This document shows positions 37,376 to 48,600 of a stretch of DNA of 64,000 nt, piece after piece. Under the pieces are notes generated by a model. The model saw nothing but the letters and a program-made list of their open reading frames with translations. It did no database searches and was not told where the DNA came from. The position numbers were made by a program, and so were the translations under genes. Origin of the DNA: Selaginella moellendorffii (taxonomy: Eukaryota > Plantae > Lycopodiophyta); the NCBI RefSeq assembly GCF_000143415.4, contig NW_003314279.1, forward strand, positions 744,130 to 808,129, written 5' to 3'. Each line of letters begins with the position of its first letter. Within the stretch, counting starts at the first letter, position 1.

Positions 37376-40300
37376 ATGGTAAGTCTTTTAGGCCAAGTAG
37401 AAAATGGCATGAGGCCACATGCCATTCAGTAGCAACATTGGCATGCACCGATTGGGCTCTCGAGTGCAGTCTGGATACAGATGGCGTGTAGCCTCACGCC
37501 ATCTTAGGATGCAGCCTCAAGACATCTGATGTAGTGGTGAATGGCGTGTGGCCTCATGTTATTTCCAGCTGCTAGCTTTTCATCTGTCAGCTCTAATTGT
37601 TGTGCATTTCTGAACAGGCGAGGAATTGCGTTCTTCTTCCAGCCACTGTCAATGTGGATGTAGAGAAGGGGGAGGAGCTCACCAGTTGGACTTTCGGGAT
37701 GGAAGGCGAGGATCTGAGGCTGTACAACACAGATGGTGGGAGAAAAGAATGCATGGGGATCCTCATCCAAGTGACAGACACTCCATGCAGTTCCATGCAA
37801 GAATATGGACTGGCACTTGTGGTAGAGACAGCGTCTGCCTTCAAGATCCACCTTGCACATCCTAGCGGCTTCCCGGAGGGGGGCAGCGGCTATGAGGAAT
37901 TCCTAGAGGGAGCTAGGGAGAGGTTGTCCAGGAGGCCCACAATTTCAAAGACGCTGCGGGTCTATGAAGATCACATGGAATCCACGGACCTCACCTACGG
38001 CGATGTTCAAAAACTATATTTCAACATTGAGCCGTTGAGAGTGCCTCCAGTTCGCGAAGCGAAGGGGAAGGGGGTCGATCTGGAAACTACCCCGAAGCAG
38101 AAAAGGGTGGTCAAGCTCAAGCCGACGTCCGACTCTCCTCCAAAAAAGAAGCTACTCGGTGATGCCATTGCCTCGGGTTCGAACACTACACCCACCAAAA
38201 AGAAGAGCCGCAAAGAGCAAAAAGAGCAAGAAGAGGTAGCAAAAATTGTCGCAGATAATAGTACTTGTTACTATTCCAACAAAGTATATACAATCGACGT
38301 GAGCCATATCGACATCCAAAGCAAATACAACCACAGGCTAGTATCTGATGAGTGGGTGGAGAAACTAAAGCAGAAGATGCTGGCAAGTCCAGTAACACCC
38401 GACATCGCAGATGTGATCCCCTACTACCGAACAATGAAGGGCAAGACGAGGTTTCCAGACTTGATCAATAGGAAGGTGTTGGACGATCAGAACATCCGGT
38501 TCTATGCCGTCTCTAGGCAGCATTCTAGCTTGGCGATGCAAGAGATAGTTGTGGATATTATGGTGGGCGAGGAGGTGAAGAAAGTCTTCAAGACAAGAGT
38601 TGTCCGCCTGATAAAAGGCAACTCGCCCCTCCGATCTATCATATACATCTCCCACGCGCAGAATGTCAAGCAAGAAACGTGCTACAAATCGGGTCTGCAC
38701 GAGACATTGGCACGAACACGGAAGCTTTGGGTTCAACTGAAGAAGCCACAAAAACCAGGACAAGGACGTGCACTAGCAACTAGCGCCTGGCAGGTAAGCC
38801 TTGTTGCATGTGGCATAGCATGTGGCCTCACGCCATTTCCATTGCAGGAATTCTCGAGTCTTCTCTCGAAAACACTAGGGGTCAATGACACACTCAGCAT
38901 CCATAACATTCTACTCGCGACAAAAGTTGTTTTTGACAAATGGGTAGATGTGCTGAGGAGGTACCATGACGGGGAGTTACTAAACTCAATGGGTGTGGAG
39001 GACGGCCAGAAGCCCAATGATTTGAAGCTCAACGCCTTGCGTTTCTTGTGGTCTCTAGACGACGACGACCTTTTGACAGTGGCTAATGCTCTTCTACGTG
39101 GTGAGGTAGTCTTCAACAAGACCAAAATGACTCCCGGCCATATTGTGACATACGAGGACTTGTGCACGACTCTGAGAGCTCGTGCGCTATTGAAGGATTG
39201 GATCTTCGAGCAAGTGGCCGTGGAGAGGGTGAGCATCGACACCACGCAAGAGATGATGGAAGCGCTGGATTTGTCAAATGAAGACATCGACGAGTACGTG
39301 AAGGGGGCCCCCAAGTTCATCGATCTGCTGCGGGATGCCACGAAAAGTAAAGCTGAGAAGTTGGATCAATATCCAAATTTCATTAAGAGGGATGTCGACC
39401 GCCGGCTTCAGAAACAGCTCGACCCCGCAGCAGAGGCCTATCGAGAACCTTACCGGGTATACTTGAATTTGGATGAGGATCAAAGGTGGAGGAGCATCAT
39501 TTCCCGCGGAGATGAGCAGGTCAAGAACATCTTTTGTGTGATGGACTTCACAAACGAGGAGATCACTCATGCAGACAAAGTCAGCTCCATCATTGACTTA
39601 ATGGTGGGACTTGCGGAGGTGGAATCTTCAGTCCACTATATGATCTACGACTCCGAATCCTATCACAAGTTCTGGAAGGCCTTGAATGAGGTGAAGGCTC
39701 GGTTGAAAGGCAAGGAGATGCGGGAGATCCATGGGATAATGGCTAAGAAGAAGATACCGACAAATGTCCGCATCTTCACACTCGCCCTTGTTATTGGTCC
39801 TGCAGCAGAGTGGGACTGGAGTGACTTCCCAGCTTCGTTCGACAAGGCCGATCGAATTGATCTGAGGGAGGTCAATTTACCCGTGCCTGAGGAACTGAAG
39901 ACGGCTATGGAGCTTTCGAATCCAAAGAAAGCTCCAGGTGCAGCATGGGAAATGCTCAGCTGGGTCTTCAACGCAATAGCGGGTGGGTGACCTGCTTCCG
40001 ACTCCAAGGGCAAATGCGTTGTCGAGTACAACTGTGGCGGACTATTCTTTCGAGCCGCACTACTCAAGGGTGTCCCGTGTGTTGCAGTGACAAACTCCAT
40101 TGAAGAGGTGACTTCAATGGAGCATATAATTACAGTTGCCAAAGAAAAACAGTATCTTCTCTGCGAACCTGGTGAGTACACACTTTAAGTTTAAACGTTA
40201 TCTCACAAGCTTTTTATGCAGGAGCGTGGCCACCCCCAGATGCTGAAACGGTGTTAACAGCTACTGTTGAAGATACCCATGTTGGGTTGAGCTCACAACC

Positions 40301-42070
40301 TGCACAAGGTAAGGTCACGTGAGGCCTCACGCCATTTTGATTATAGATCGTTGTGAATATTCAGACATGAGGACTGAAAAGCGCACTGGTGGCGCGTCGA
40401 AGAAGGACAAACAGACAAGCAATAGGAAAAAAGGAGGTACAAATTATATTTGCAATGGCGTGTGGTCTCATGCCATTCCTTGCAGGAGACACTTCTTCAA
40501 AGGCAAAATAGGCAAGCACCAGCCAAGCTCAAACTGACAGTGGTCATAAAAAGCGAAAGCACGTTGGACAGTCGTCGGGATCAGAGGCGTTTGATTCGAA
40601 AAGGAAGAAGGGCAACGAAAAGATGATAGATAATGCCTCGCGGTTATGGCGTGTGTGCTCATGCCATTCATTGCAGATCAAGGGCTGAGTGAAAGCAGGC
40701 AGTCACCACCTCCTGACTCAGATTCCTATGGCGGACTCCCCTTCCCCAATCTCAATGGAGAGGTACAATGGATGAGGGATGCTTTTCAAGTCAGGGCCAC
40801 GTTTTTCTCATCTCGTCGTCTTCGAAGGGTGCAAGAACGTGCAGAAACCATGTTAAGACAGACGGGTGAGGATACGGTCCTAGGTCACACACTAAAACAG
40901 GCTATGGATGTCTTGTATTTTGAGATGGAGACTCGGCCAGATGATTTTCCCAAGATGGTCCTGGAAGAACAAGCCATCCAGCCTGAGCAGCCTATGGAAG
41001 AAATGTAGGAGGGGGATGAGGAGCCAGAGAAAGATAATGAGCAGGAAGAGCAGAAGGACGAAGAGGAGGACAAAGAAGAGGAGGATGAAGAGGACTTGGA
41101 TGGTCCTCACAATGGTGACGATCACAATAACGACGACGACAATGATGACGACGATGGCCAACCTGAGGTGGCCAAAGAGCAGCGGAGGAAGGTCATACAA
41201 GACAAACCATCAGGTAAATAATAGTACATCCATTCCTAACCTTTTACCATTTCTAACATTGTCCATGTAGGTCGCAGAGCAAATGGTAAGTAAAGATTAT
41301 TCAGTTGAATTTACAAACTCTAGCCTTTAGTGTCGAGGAAGGATAGTGCCAAGCAAGGGTCGAAACGTATGTCCAATCCTTTAGAATCAGCAGTGCGCCC
41401 AAGTGATATCGGTCCTAGTTCCTCAATAGCAGTTGATGGTAAATACAGTATAGTCGATTCAATGTGCGAATGAGTTTGTTTTTAGTAGCACGGGAGGATA
41501 CCATCTCAATCGAAGGGAGATATTTGGACATGCATATGGATCCGCCAGTGGACTCTACTTGCCTGCAAGAGTCATCAGAGCTGGTGGAGGCTACTATCCA
41601 TATCAACGCCAAGCAAGCTGACCACGCTCCACTTGATGCTGCCCATACCACTGAGGCAATCTTGTCCACGTATCCAACTGACGGTGACCAGGCGCCATTG
41701 GACCCGCATGAGGCCGCCCCAGCCGCCGAGCCGGTCGTATCCTCATTTCTAACGGACTCAACGTGTGCCCAATCGTTTGACTACGCGCCATTGGAACCTC
41801 CCTACACCGCCCCTGCTGCCTGTTCGGTCATGTCCACTTTGCCAACGGAGGCACCAGCTGAAATGGCGTGTGATCACACGCCATCGGAACCACCCCATGC
41901 CACTGTTGAGCCAGTTGTACCAGAGTCTACAGCTGAAATGGCATGTGCCCACACGCCATCGGATGCGATTGACCCCACATTGCAGAGGAGAGTATTTCCG
42001 CCCTTCACGTTTCCTTGACCAAAACCCTCTCAATGACCATCGGGAGCACCATTCGCTAATATTGTAGATG
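37376..42070 (+). pseudogene. Transposon cargo gene: ParB/Srx-like domain, helical region, degenerate beta-class DNA methyltransferase-like domain and long acidic/low-complexity tail; multi-exon with premature stops
   Basis: ATG|GTAAGT at 37376 with AG acceptor at 37617. ParB-like IDVSHI…RLVSDEWVEKLKQKM…FYAVSRQHSSLAM (about 38290-38540). The frame continues past TGA 39988 into KGKCVVEYNCGGLFFRAALLKGVPCVAV. GT-AG introns at 38794-38847, 40172-40221, 40309-40346 and 40437-40485 keep the frame. Domain calls are by eye. Confidence 0.6.
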
Positions 42071-42117
42071 GTAAAATTGACTTGAACCATTTTTTATGCT
42101 GACGCATTTCATTTCAG

Positions 42118-43273
42118 AGTCACGGCGAAGGTATTGTATCATTTTTGATCTGAATGGTGTCCTTCTCTCCCATGAGCGTGGCTCGTCTTCGAATGTCACT
42201 GCACCCTCCAAAGCCTGCGGTCGCAAGTTGGTCAAAAGAGACAGATTCATGTTTTATTTCGTTAAAGTGGGACTTATTCAGTATAGTGGGACATTAATTA
42301 GCATGTGTCCACATGCCATTTCCTAGTACTTAATTAATATTTATTAATATTTCTATCAGTTTTTTAATTTATTTTTTAATATTTTACAATATTATAACAC
42401 AAAATCATATGAAAAGTTTTTAATTTATAAATTATAAAGTTAAAACTTCAATTTTTTATTGTTGTTATAAAAATGGCATGTGGCCACACACCATAAGTGG
42501 GATAATGAAAAGTCCCACTTTAACGAAATAAAGCATATTCACATTAATCACACGGGAGAAACTGCGAGATCTAATAATGACCATGCGACACTTAAAAACA
42601 GAGGGCCGGGTTCAATTTGCAATTGGGAGTTTGGACATCCATGATGTGCCACAATGCATTAATGTTGCTACAGATGATGCACGATCAGACGCGAGTAATA
42701 TTACCATTTGACTTTCTCCTAACGCAGGAGGATTGCTTGACTATGGTCCATATGAGGGGTAGCAAGCCCATCTTCGTCAAGCCAGAGGCTGTAGTGATGA
42801 ACTGGATTGCTAGGTCAAGTAAAATCCTCATCATTGATGACTCGCCTATTAAAACTGCAGCGAACACGCACACATATGCAGTGCACCCCATCTCTTGTAG
42901 TATGGAAACTAGGGAGAAGAAACCATATGTTCTGGGGGACCTTGCAAAACGGCTTGGAGCGATGGTGATAGAGAACCGGCCAGTCTAGGAGGTGGCTGCA
43001 GAAATCAACCAAATGGCAGATGGAATGGTATATCAGAAGCCATTTGATCGGACAAACACCAGTCATCATTTATGGCATGTATATTGTCTAGCCAAGCACT
43101 ATCCGCATCTCCATAATCTGCTCAACCGGATGGGTTCTTCGACCACTGAACATGAGCATGGACGTATTAGAGAAGAGATGGCATTACTATTGGGTTTAAA
43201 TCCTGATAGTGTGGAGAGTGATGAAATTCCAAGATTATTGTATAGGCGTTGGAGGCAAAAAATAACAATCTGA
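42118..43273 (+). pseudogene. FCP1/NIF-like HAD phosphatase domain (separate gene or C-terminus of the preceding gene), split by a MITE
   Basis: IIFDLNGVLL (motif I), LGVWTS, TQEDC, KPIFVK, ILIIDDSPIK…HP. Removing the MITE and one TSD restores the frame (…KRDRF|TLITREKL…). Frameshift near 42615; stop at 42986. Confidence 0.75.
42249..42536. mobile_element. 288-bp MITE sharing the termini of the host transposon family
   Basis: TIRs ATGTTTTATTTCGTTAAAGTGGGACTT and AAGTCCCACTTTAACGAAATAAAGCAT (26/27 match). 4-bp TSD ATTC at 42245-42248 and 42537-42540. AT-rich core with two copies of the 22-bp palindrome. Confidence 0.93.
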
Positions 43274-45014
43274 GATGGCATGTATTTATTTAAAAATGTA
43301 ACTTATTATGGCATGGGGTTCCATGCCATTGTATTAATATTAAAAGACAATTCTTTGAGAGGATTTGCATTATACTAGAAGTGTTACAGCATGTTATTGG
43401 AAGTCTACGAAGTTGTTTTATTAATAAGGGGAAAGTAAAAATTGAATGGGGACTTGGGCTCCACCTAGACTCGGAGCAACTAAGCCAATATTAAAAGGAT
43501 GGAAAGAAATTGGACGACAATGACAAGGAGAAGAGAGAGGTGAAGCAGTGGCAGGGGGAGGAGAAGTGATTGAGTAGACATTTCCTTGTTTAAAATAAAA
43601 TGGCATGTGCCTCAATGCAGTTGAATTTTGTTATATTTATATACTATATAAAGGTTTGGAAACCTTATTTTACAAGTGGGATAATGACAATTCCCACTTT
43701 AACGAAATAGAACTTAAGCTTTAATGGGCAAATCTTCAAGAAACTAAGGTACTAACTTAAGCTTAACATAATGGATCATTATTGAGAATTAAGTAAAATT
43801 ATTTTAATGCTACTGCTTGTAAGTAGACTAGCTTCTTCATCAACCAAACAACTTCATCATTTAACCAAGCAATTTCATAAATATATTACTCACAATCACA
43901 TAGATATGATATAAACATCATAATGACTTGATCATCAATTGAACAATATCATGAATAATGTCTATGTCACTACTACAAAGATTTACATGAATATCAAGTG
44001 CCAACTTTATTCAATAAAATGCAAAATAAATATTACACTCACCAGTAGAGATTTACCACACCTAACACCACTAACTTTTTTTCACAACATGAATAAACTC
44101 ATACCGTTCTTTCTGCACAAACTCAACTAATCCAACACCAAGCTACTCATGAAGCAAAAATCAAGTTCCTTAAAAAAGAATTGAGCATTGTAACAAGTCT
44201 TCAATAGCAAGTCTAAGCAAAATAGTTTATCGTTTCACCACTATCCATCCCATAACTCATTACTTATAAAACCATAATAACATACATATATTAAGATAGG
44301 GACTCTTAATTACATGATGTGAATACAAGTAATGAGATCATAGCTTATTGCTAAATCATTTCTTAATAAAAAGAAGATGGTTTATGTATTTGATCCTTCA
44401 TCCTTAATAACTCTCTTTTTAGACTCAACTTTGACCAAACTTTAAATTTGCATTTATAGTGCCTTCAATCTTATCCAAGAAGTGTATAAGAGAGCATGGT
44501 AATGACTATTTATAATCCCTACAGTCTTAATGTAGTGCACATGGTTCTTACCTTTATCCTATAGTGATTTACCATAGGATAACCATGAAGCGGAACTTAA
44601 ACCCTCTATGTGCCACGTGTTATATGCCACATGTCACATGCTAAGTGTCTATAGGATAGTGGTGTGGAACCCAAGGTTTAGGGCCTTGGGCCATTGAATG
44701 AAGGAACGGTGCCAAACTCCCATATATGGAGCCAAGGAGTGATGAAACCAGTCCACGAACAACTCCCAAGCATACAGCCCAAGGAGTGTGTGAAACACAA
44801 AATCCCTAGGCCCCAAAGTGGAGCCGAAAGGGTGCCATGTGGTAGTGGCCGAAGCAAAAGCCAAACGAACATAACACGTTTGGACTAAAAGGCTCTGACT
44901 TGAAAGGTCGAGAGTGGGAGTGGAACTCCCAACAGAGTGCTTAAGGAATGAGCATGAAGCGAGCAATAAGTGAGGCTCCAAAAAGGGACCTAAAAGGACC
45001 AACATATCACACAT

Positions 45015-45620
45015 GGAAGTGTCCAAGATGGAGTTCGAGGTGGACCCGAGATGGAGTTTGAGATGGAGTCCGAGATGGACCTGAGTTGGAGTCCAAGGTG
45101 GAGTCCAAGATGGAGTCCGAGATGGACCGAGATGGAGTCCGAGATGGAGTTCGAGAAGTACCCGAGATGGAGTCCAAGATGGACCCTAGATGGAGTTCGA
45201 GATGGACCGAGATGGAGTCCAAGATGGAGTTCGAGATGGACCCGAGATGGAATTCAAGATGGACCCGAGATGGAGTCCGAGATGGACCCGAGATGGAGTC
45301 CGAGATGGACTCGAGATGGAGTCCAAGATGGAGTCCGAAATGGACCGAGACAGAGTCCGAGATGGAGTCCGAGATGGACCCGAGATGGAATCCGAGATGG
45401 AGTCCGAGATGGACCCGAGATGGAATCCGAGATGGAGTCCGAGAAGGACCCAAGATGGAGTCTGAGGTCAAGACCAAGACCGGGACTGAGATCGGGACCG
45501 AGACCGAGACTGAGATCGGGACCGAGACCGAGACCGACCGAGACCGGGACCGAGACTAAGATCAAGGCCGAGGCTGAGTCCAAGTCCGAGTCCAAGTCCG
45601 AGTCCGAGTTCGAGTCTGAG
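45015..45620. repeat. LTR-internal minisatellite (GAGATGGAGTCC / GAGATGGACCC, then GAGACC, then GAGTCC); also at 50340-50778, 51370-51940 and 57325-57905
   Basis: Visible 11/12-mer and hexamer tandem arrays in all four LTR copies. Confidence 0.95.
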
Positions 45621-48600
45621 AGGGTGAAAGCCCAAAGCGTTTGTCTCCCAGACCCTGGGGGGTTTGGTAAGCTCCAAAAGTATAGTAAGGAGGAGGACTG
45701 TAGTGGAGCCAATTTGGCCAGGAAAGGCCAGTTTGGCCCAGGAAGGCCAGACCCAGTATTGGGTGATGAATTGACCACTGGGAAGTCCAAGACTAGAGTG
45801 AATACAGACCGATAAGCAGGGTAGCTTGGTGAAGTGTTCAAGAGCCGGCTTTAGTTCCCTCGGGAGATTGACTGCCGATGCTCCCAGTCCAAGTGTGGGT
45901 GGCACTACCTACTTGGATACCTGGTGTGGCTCAACGGAACCTCGCTCTAAGCCCATGGCTAGAGCACCTAAAGGCGGAAGGTGGGGAGAGTACCCACGGG
46001 GCTCGCGTAAGGTTACAGTGTTCCGAAATGTTGTCCCGAAGTCCTAAATAGGGGTAAGGAGGAGGAGCAGTCCTCTAGTGTAGTGACTATGGATACGGTC
46101 ACATGGTGAGGAAGGTCCTAAGAGTGGGCTTGTCCTTGAGGAGTAGCAAGTTGGGAAGACATGGCTCTCCACTACAGTTCACATGTGAACTTGTAGGCAA
46201 GATGGTGGATAGAAAAGGGCCAATGATGGAACGATTTTGGGATCTTGGGAACAGTGTAAGGCTTTCCTCATTGAGTGAGGATGTGATTCAGATGAGCATT
46301 TGATGCAGCAAACGGGCTAACATAGTTGTGGTAAACAACTATAGTTGGGATCACGGGAAAGATGTAGACTCCAAAACAATAAAGGAGTCACAAGATTACC
46401 CTTATATAGTTGAGGCTGATGCTTATAACTTTGAGACCGGAATTGATGACCATGGGAGATCAAATACAGAAGAGGACACAAGTCCTCGAAATGGTAGCCG
46501 GGGCTACCTCTAATAAATGCTGGAACAACCCAAGGAGTTGGGGGTGTACTCAGAGGATGAGTTGGTATTCTCATCACATGGACAAATGGTCCTAAGGGGC
46601 AAAAGGTTGCCCCAAGAGAACAAATCAAGTGTCAGAGTAACACTTGCAAAGATGGTCCTTGTGAGTAGGACCTGAATACAAGAAGTTGTATTCCAGTGAG
46701 TTAACACCTCAAAGGTAGGACCTCACGGGTTGTCAAATGATAAAGTCCAAAAAGTTGGATGACTCAAATAAGAGTCAAAGAATAATCCTAAGGGATTGGT
46801 TGAAGCATTTGGACTGAGATGTATGGTGTCCTATGAGGTTTGGGGAGGATCATAAGATCCAAGTATGAAAACAGTAGGTATCTCATTGATAGCAGAATGT
46901 GCCATACTAAAGTTATGAGAAAGATGTTCCCAAAAGAAAGCAACTTTGGCTCAGAGTTGGGTGCAAACACTATGGTGCGGTGCTAACGGATAGTTAGCAT
47001 GAGGAACAACCATATTAGCCTTGGCAAAAACCTAGACGCTAATAAGTAGTGTCATAAGGATGGGCTAGTGGGGCCAAGGGTGTGGAGACACCAAATGTGC
47101 CAAGGTGTGATACTTTGAGGTTATATTGATAGGTTTATAAGAACCCCTTTGCCAAAGGGAATCCTAACGGAAATAGGAATGGCATAGCCTAAGCTGGAAG
47201 GTATGTGGTAGAGTGTAGTGACCAAAACAATAATGGAGGTGTGGAAGCATCAGCAATGAGTTATAGGACTTGACAACTATGAGGCAACTAAGTAAAAGGT
47301 GCAAGATAATTTGTTAAACTGGTAGAAAGTAGTTACCCAAGACATTTTAATGGTATAAGGAAGTTAGATATACCCTTATGTAGAATAAATTGCTTATGTT
47401 GTGATATAGTAAATCAATGTCATAAAAGAGAATGCTCATTGTCTAAGAGGCCATCATTTGGGACATCCAAACACTCTAGAACACCAGGAGGTGGTGTTTG
47501 ATGTCGCGAGGGTAGTAGATAAGGCCCAAGGGACTAAGTCCCTAACGAATGATGGATAGAAAGTGCTATCCAAATGTCCAAGGTGGCGGAGATGGGAGAA
47601 GATTGTTTACCCGAATTGGACAAAGCCAAAAATGAAATTTTGGCAAGGCTAGTGATGGGCATGTAAGGGCCCATAAGCAACAACATTAATCCCGGTATGT
47701 GAGATTATACGGTGAGTATACCTGAATTAAGGAACCACTCCCTGAGTTGTCGGGTAGGTTCATCCCCAAGAATACTTGCTAAGGCATGGTAGAAAGTGCA
47801 AAGCTATCCTCCTAGTTTGGAGGCGAATAGCTGAAAGAAAGGTGTAAAGCCAAAAAACAAGTAGTAAAGGGATAGAACTAAACCATAGGAATCGAAGGGC
47901 ATAACCAAGGGTGGTTATGCCAGTTGGGAGTGGAGAATCAAGTGAGGGCTCAAGGGTGTTATTGCTAGCAACCGTGATGCCATGGAATGTCTAAAATATG
48001 GAATTGTCCATGTTAAATTATATGGCAATTAAAAAGCTTATGAAAAAGGAGGCCTTAGCAAGCTAAAGGACAGAGTTCCTTTGAAGTTCCTAAAGACGAT
48101 TCTAGGTAGCTTAATACCTAGAAAGGCCAAGTGTAAATGGTTCCTAGAGTGCGCAAAATTAAAGTGGTGCAGTAGAAGCGTGGTCTTGAAGCTGGCCATG
48201 AGGCGAGGCTATCAAGGTTGGGGAAGTAGTTCCCGAGTGTTCAAAGAGAGGGCTTTGAACGAAAGTTGATGGTTAAGGACTTTCACATTTATGCATGAAC
48301 TATGTTACGGTGGCCGGATGACTTGCTAAGTGAGATTGGCAAGTTAGGGGGACAAATCCCCTAGTTGAAGGTGCTAACTTCAAAAGGGGTGGCCCATGGG
48401 GCCGAGCATGGAAGAGTCCATGCATGATCACAGACGTATCAAGTGAGAGGACTTGGCAGTGCGGGGGAACTAGGTTCCTAAGTTGTAATCTATAGTGTGC
48501 TTTAAAAATAAGTTAGTGCATTGGCGTGGGGAGTCATGCTAGGCATCTAGAGTGATGCCGTTTGTAGATGCATATACGAAGGTTGGGTTCGAGTCCCAAC

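Larger units (their letters stand above)
30998..43621. repeat. Dispersed 22-bp palindrome ATGGCRTG-N6-CAYGCCAT, about 25 copies, seen only inside the transposon
   Basis: Copies start near 30998, 31315, 31404, 32813, 32870, 34707, 34777, 34813, 34983, 35081, 35663, 36594, 37404, 37481, 37541, 38815, 40314, 40455, 40646, 41863, 41938, 42298, 42473, 43308 and 43600 (some partial). Confidence 0.92.
30772..43715. mobile_element. 12,944-bp TIR DNA transposon, Sola1-like, with cargo genes
   Basis: TIRs AAGCTCTATTTCGTTAAAGTGGGA (30772-30795) and TCCCACTTTAACGAAATAGAACTT (43692-43715), 23/24 match. 4-bp TSD AAGC at 30768-30771 and 43716-43719. Contains a DDD transposase. Confidence 0.9.

Noticed and set aside
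30998-43621. CRISPR-like reading of the 22-bp palindromic repeats
   Set aside because: Spacing is irregular (tens to thousands of bp), copies lie in introns and coding frames, there are no cas genes, and the context is eukaryotic.
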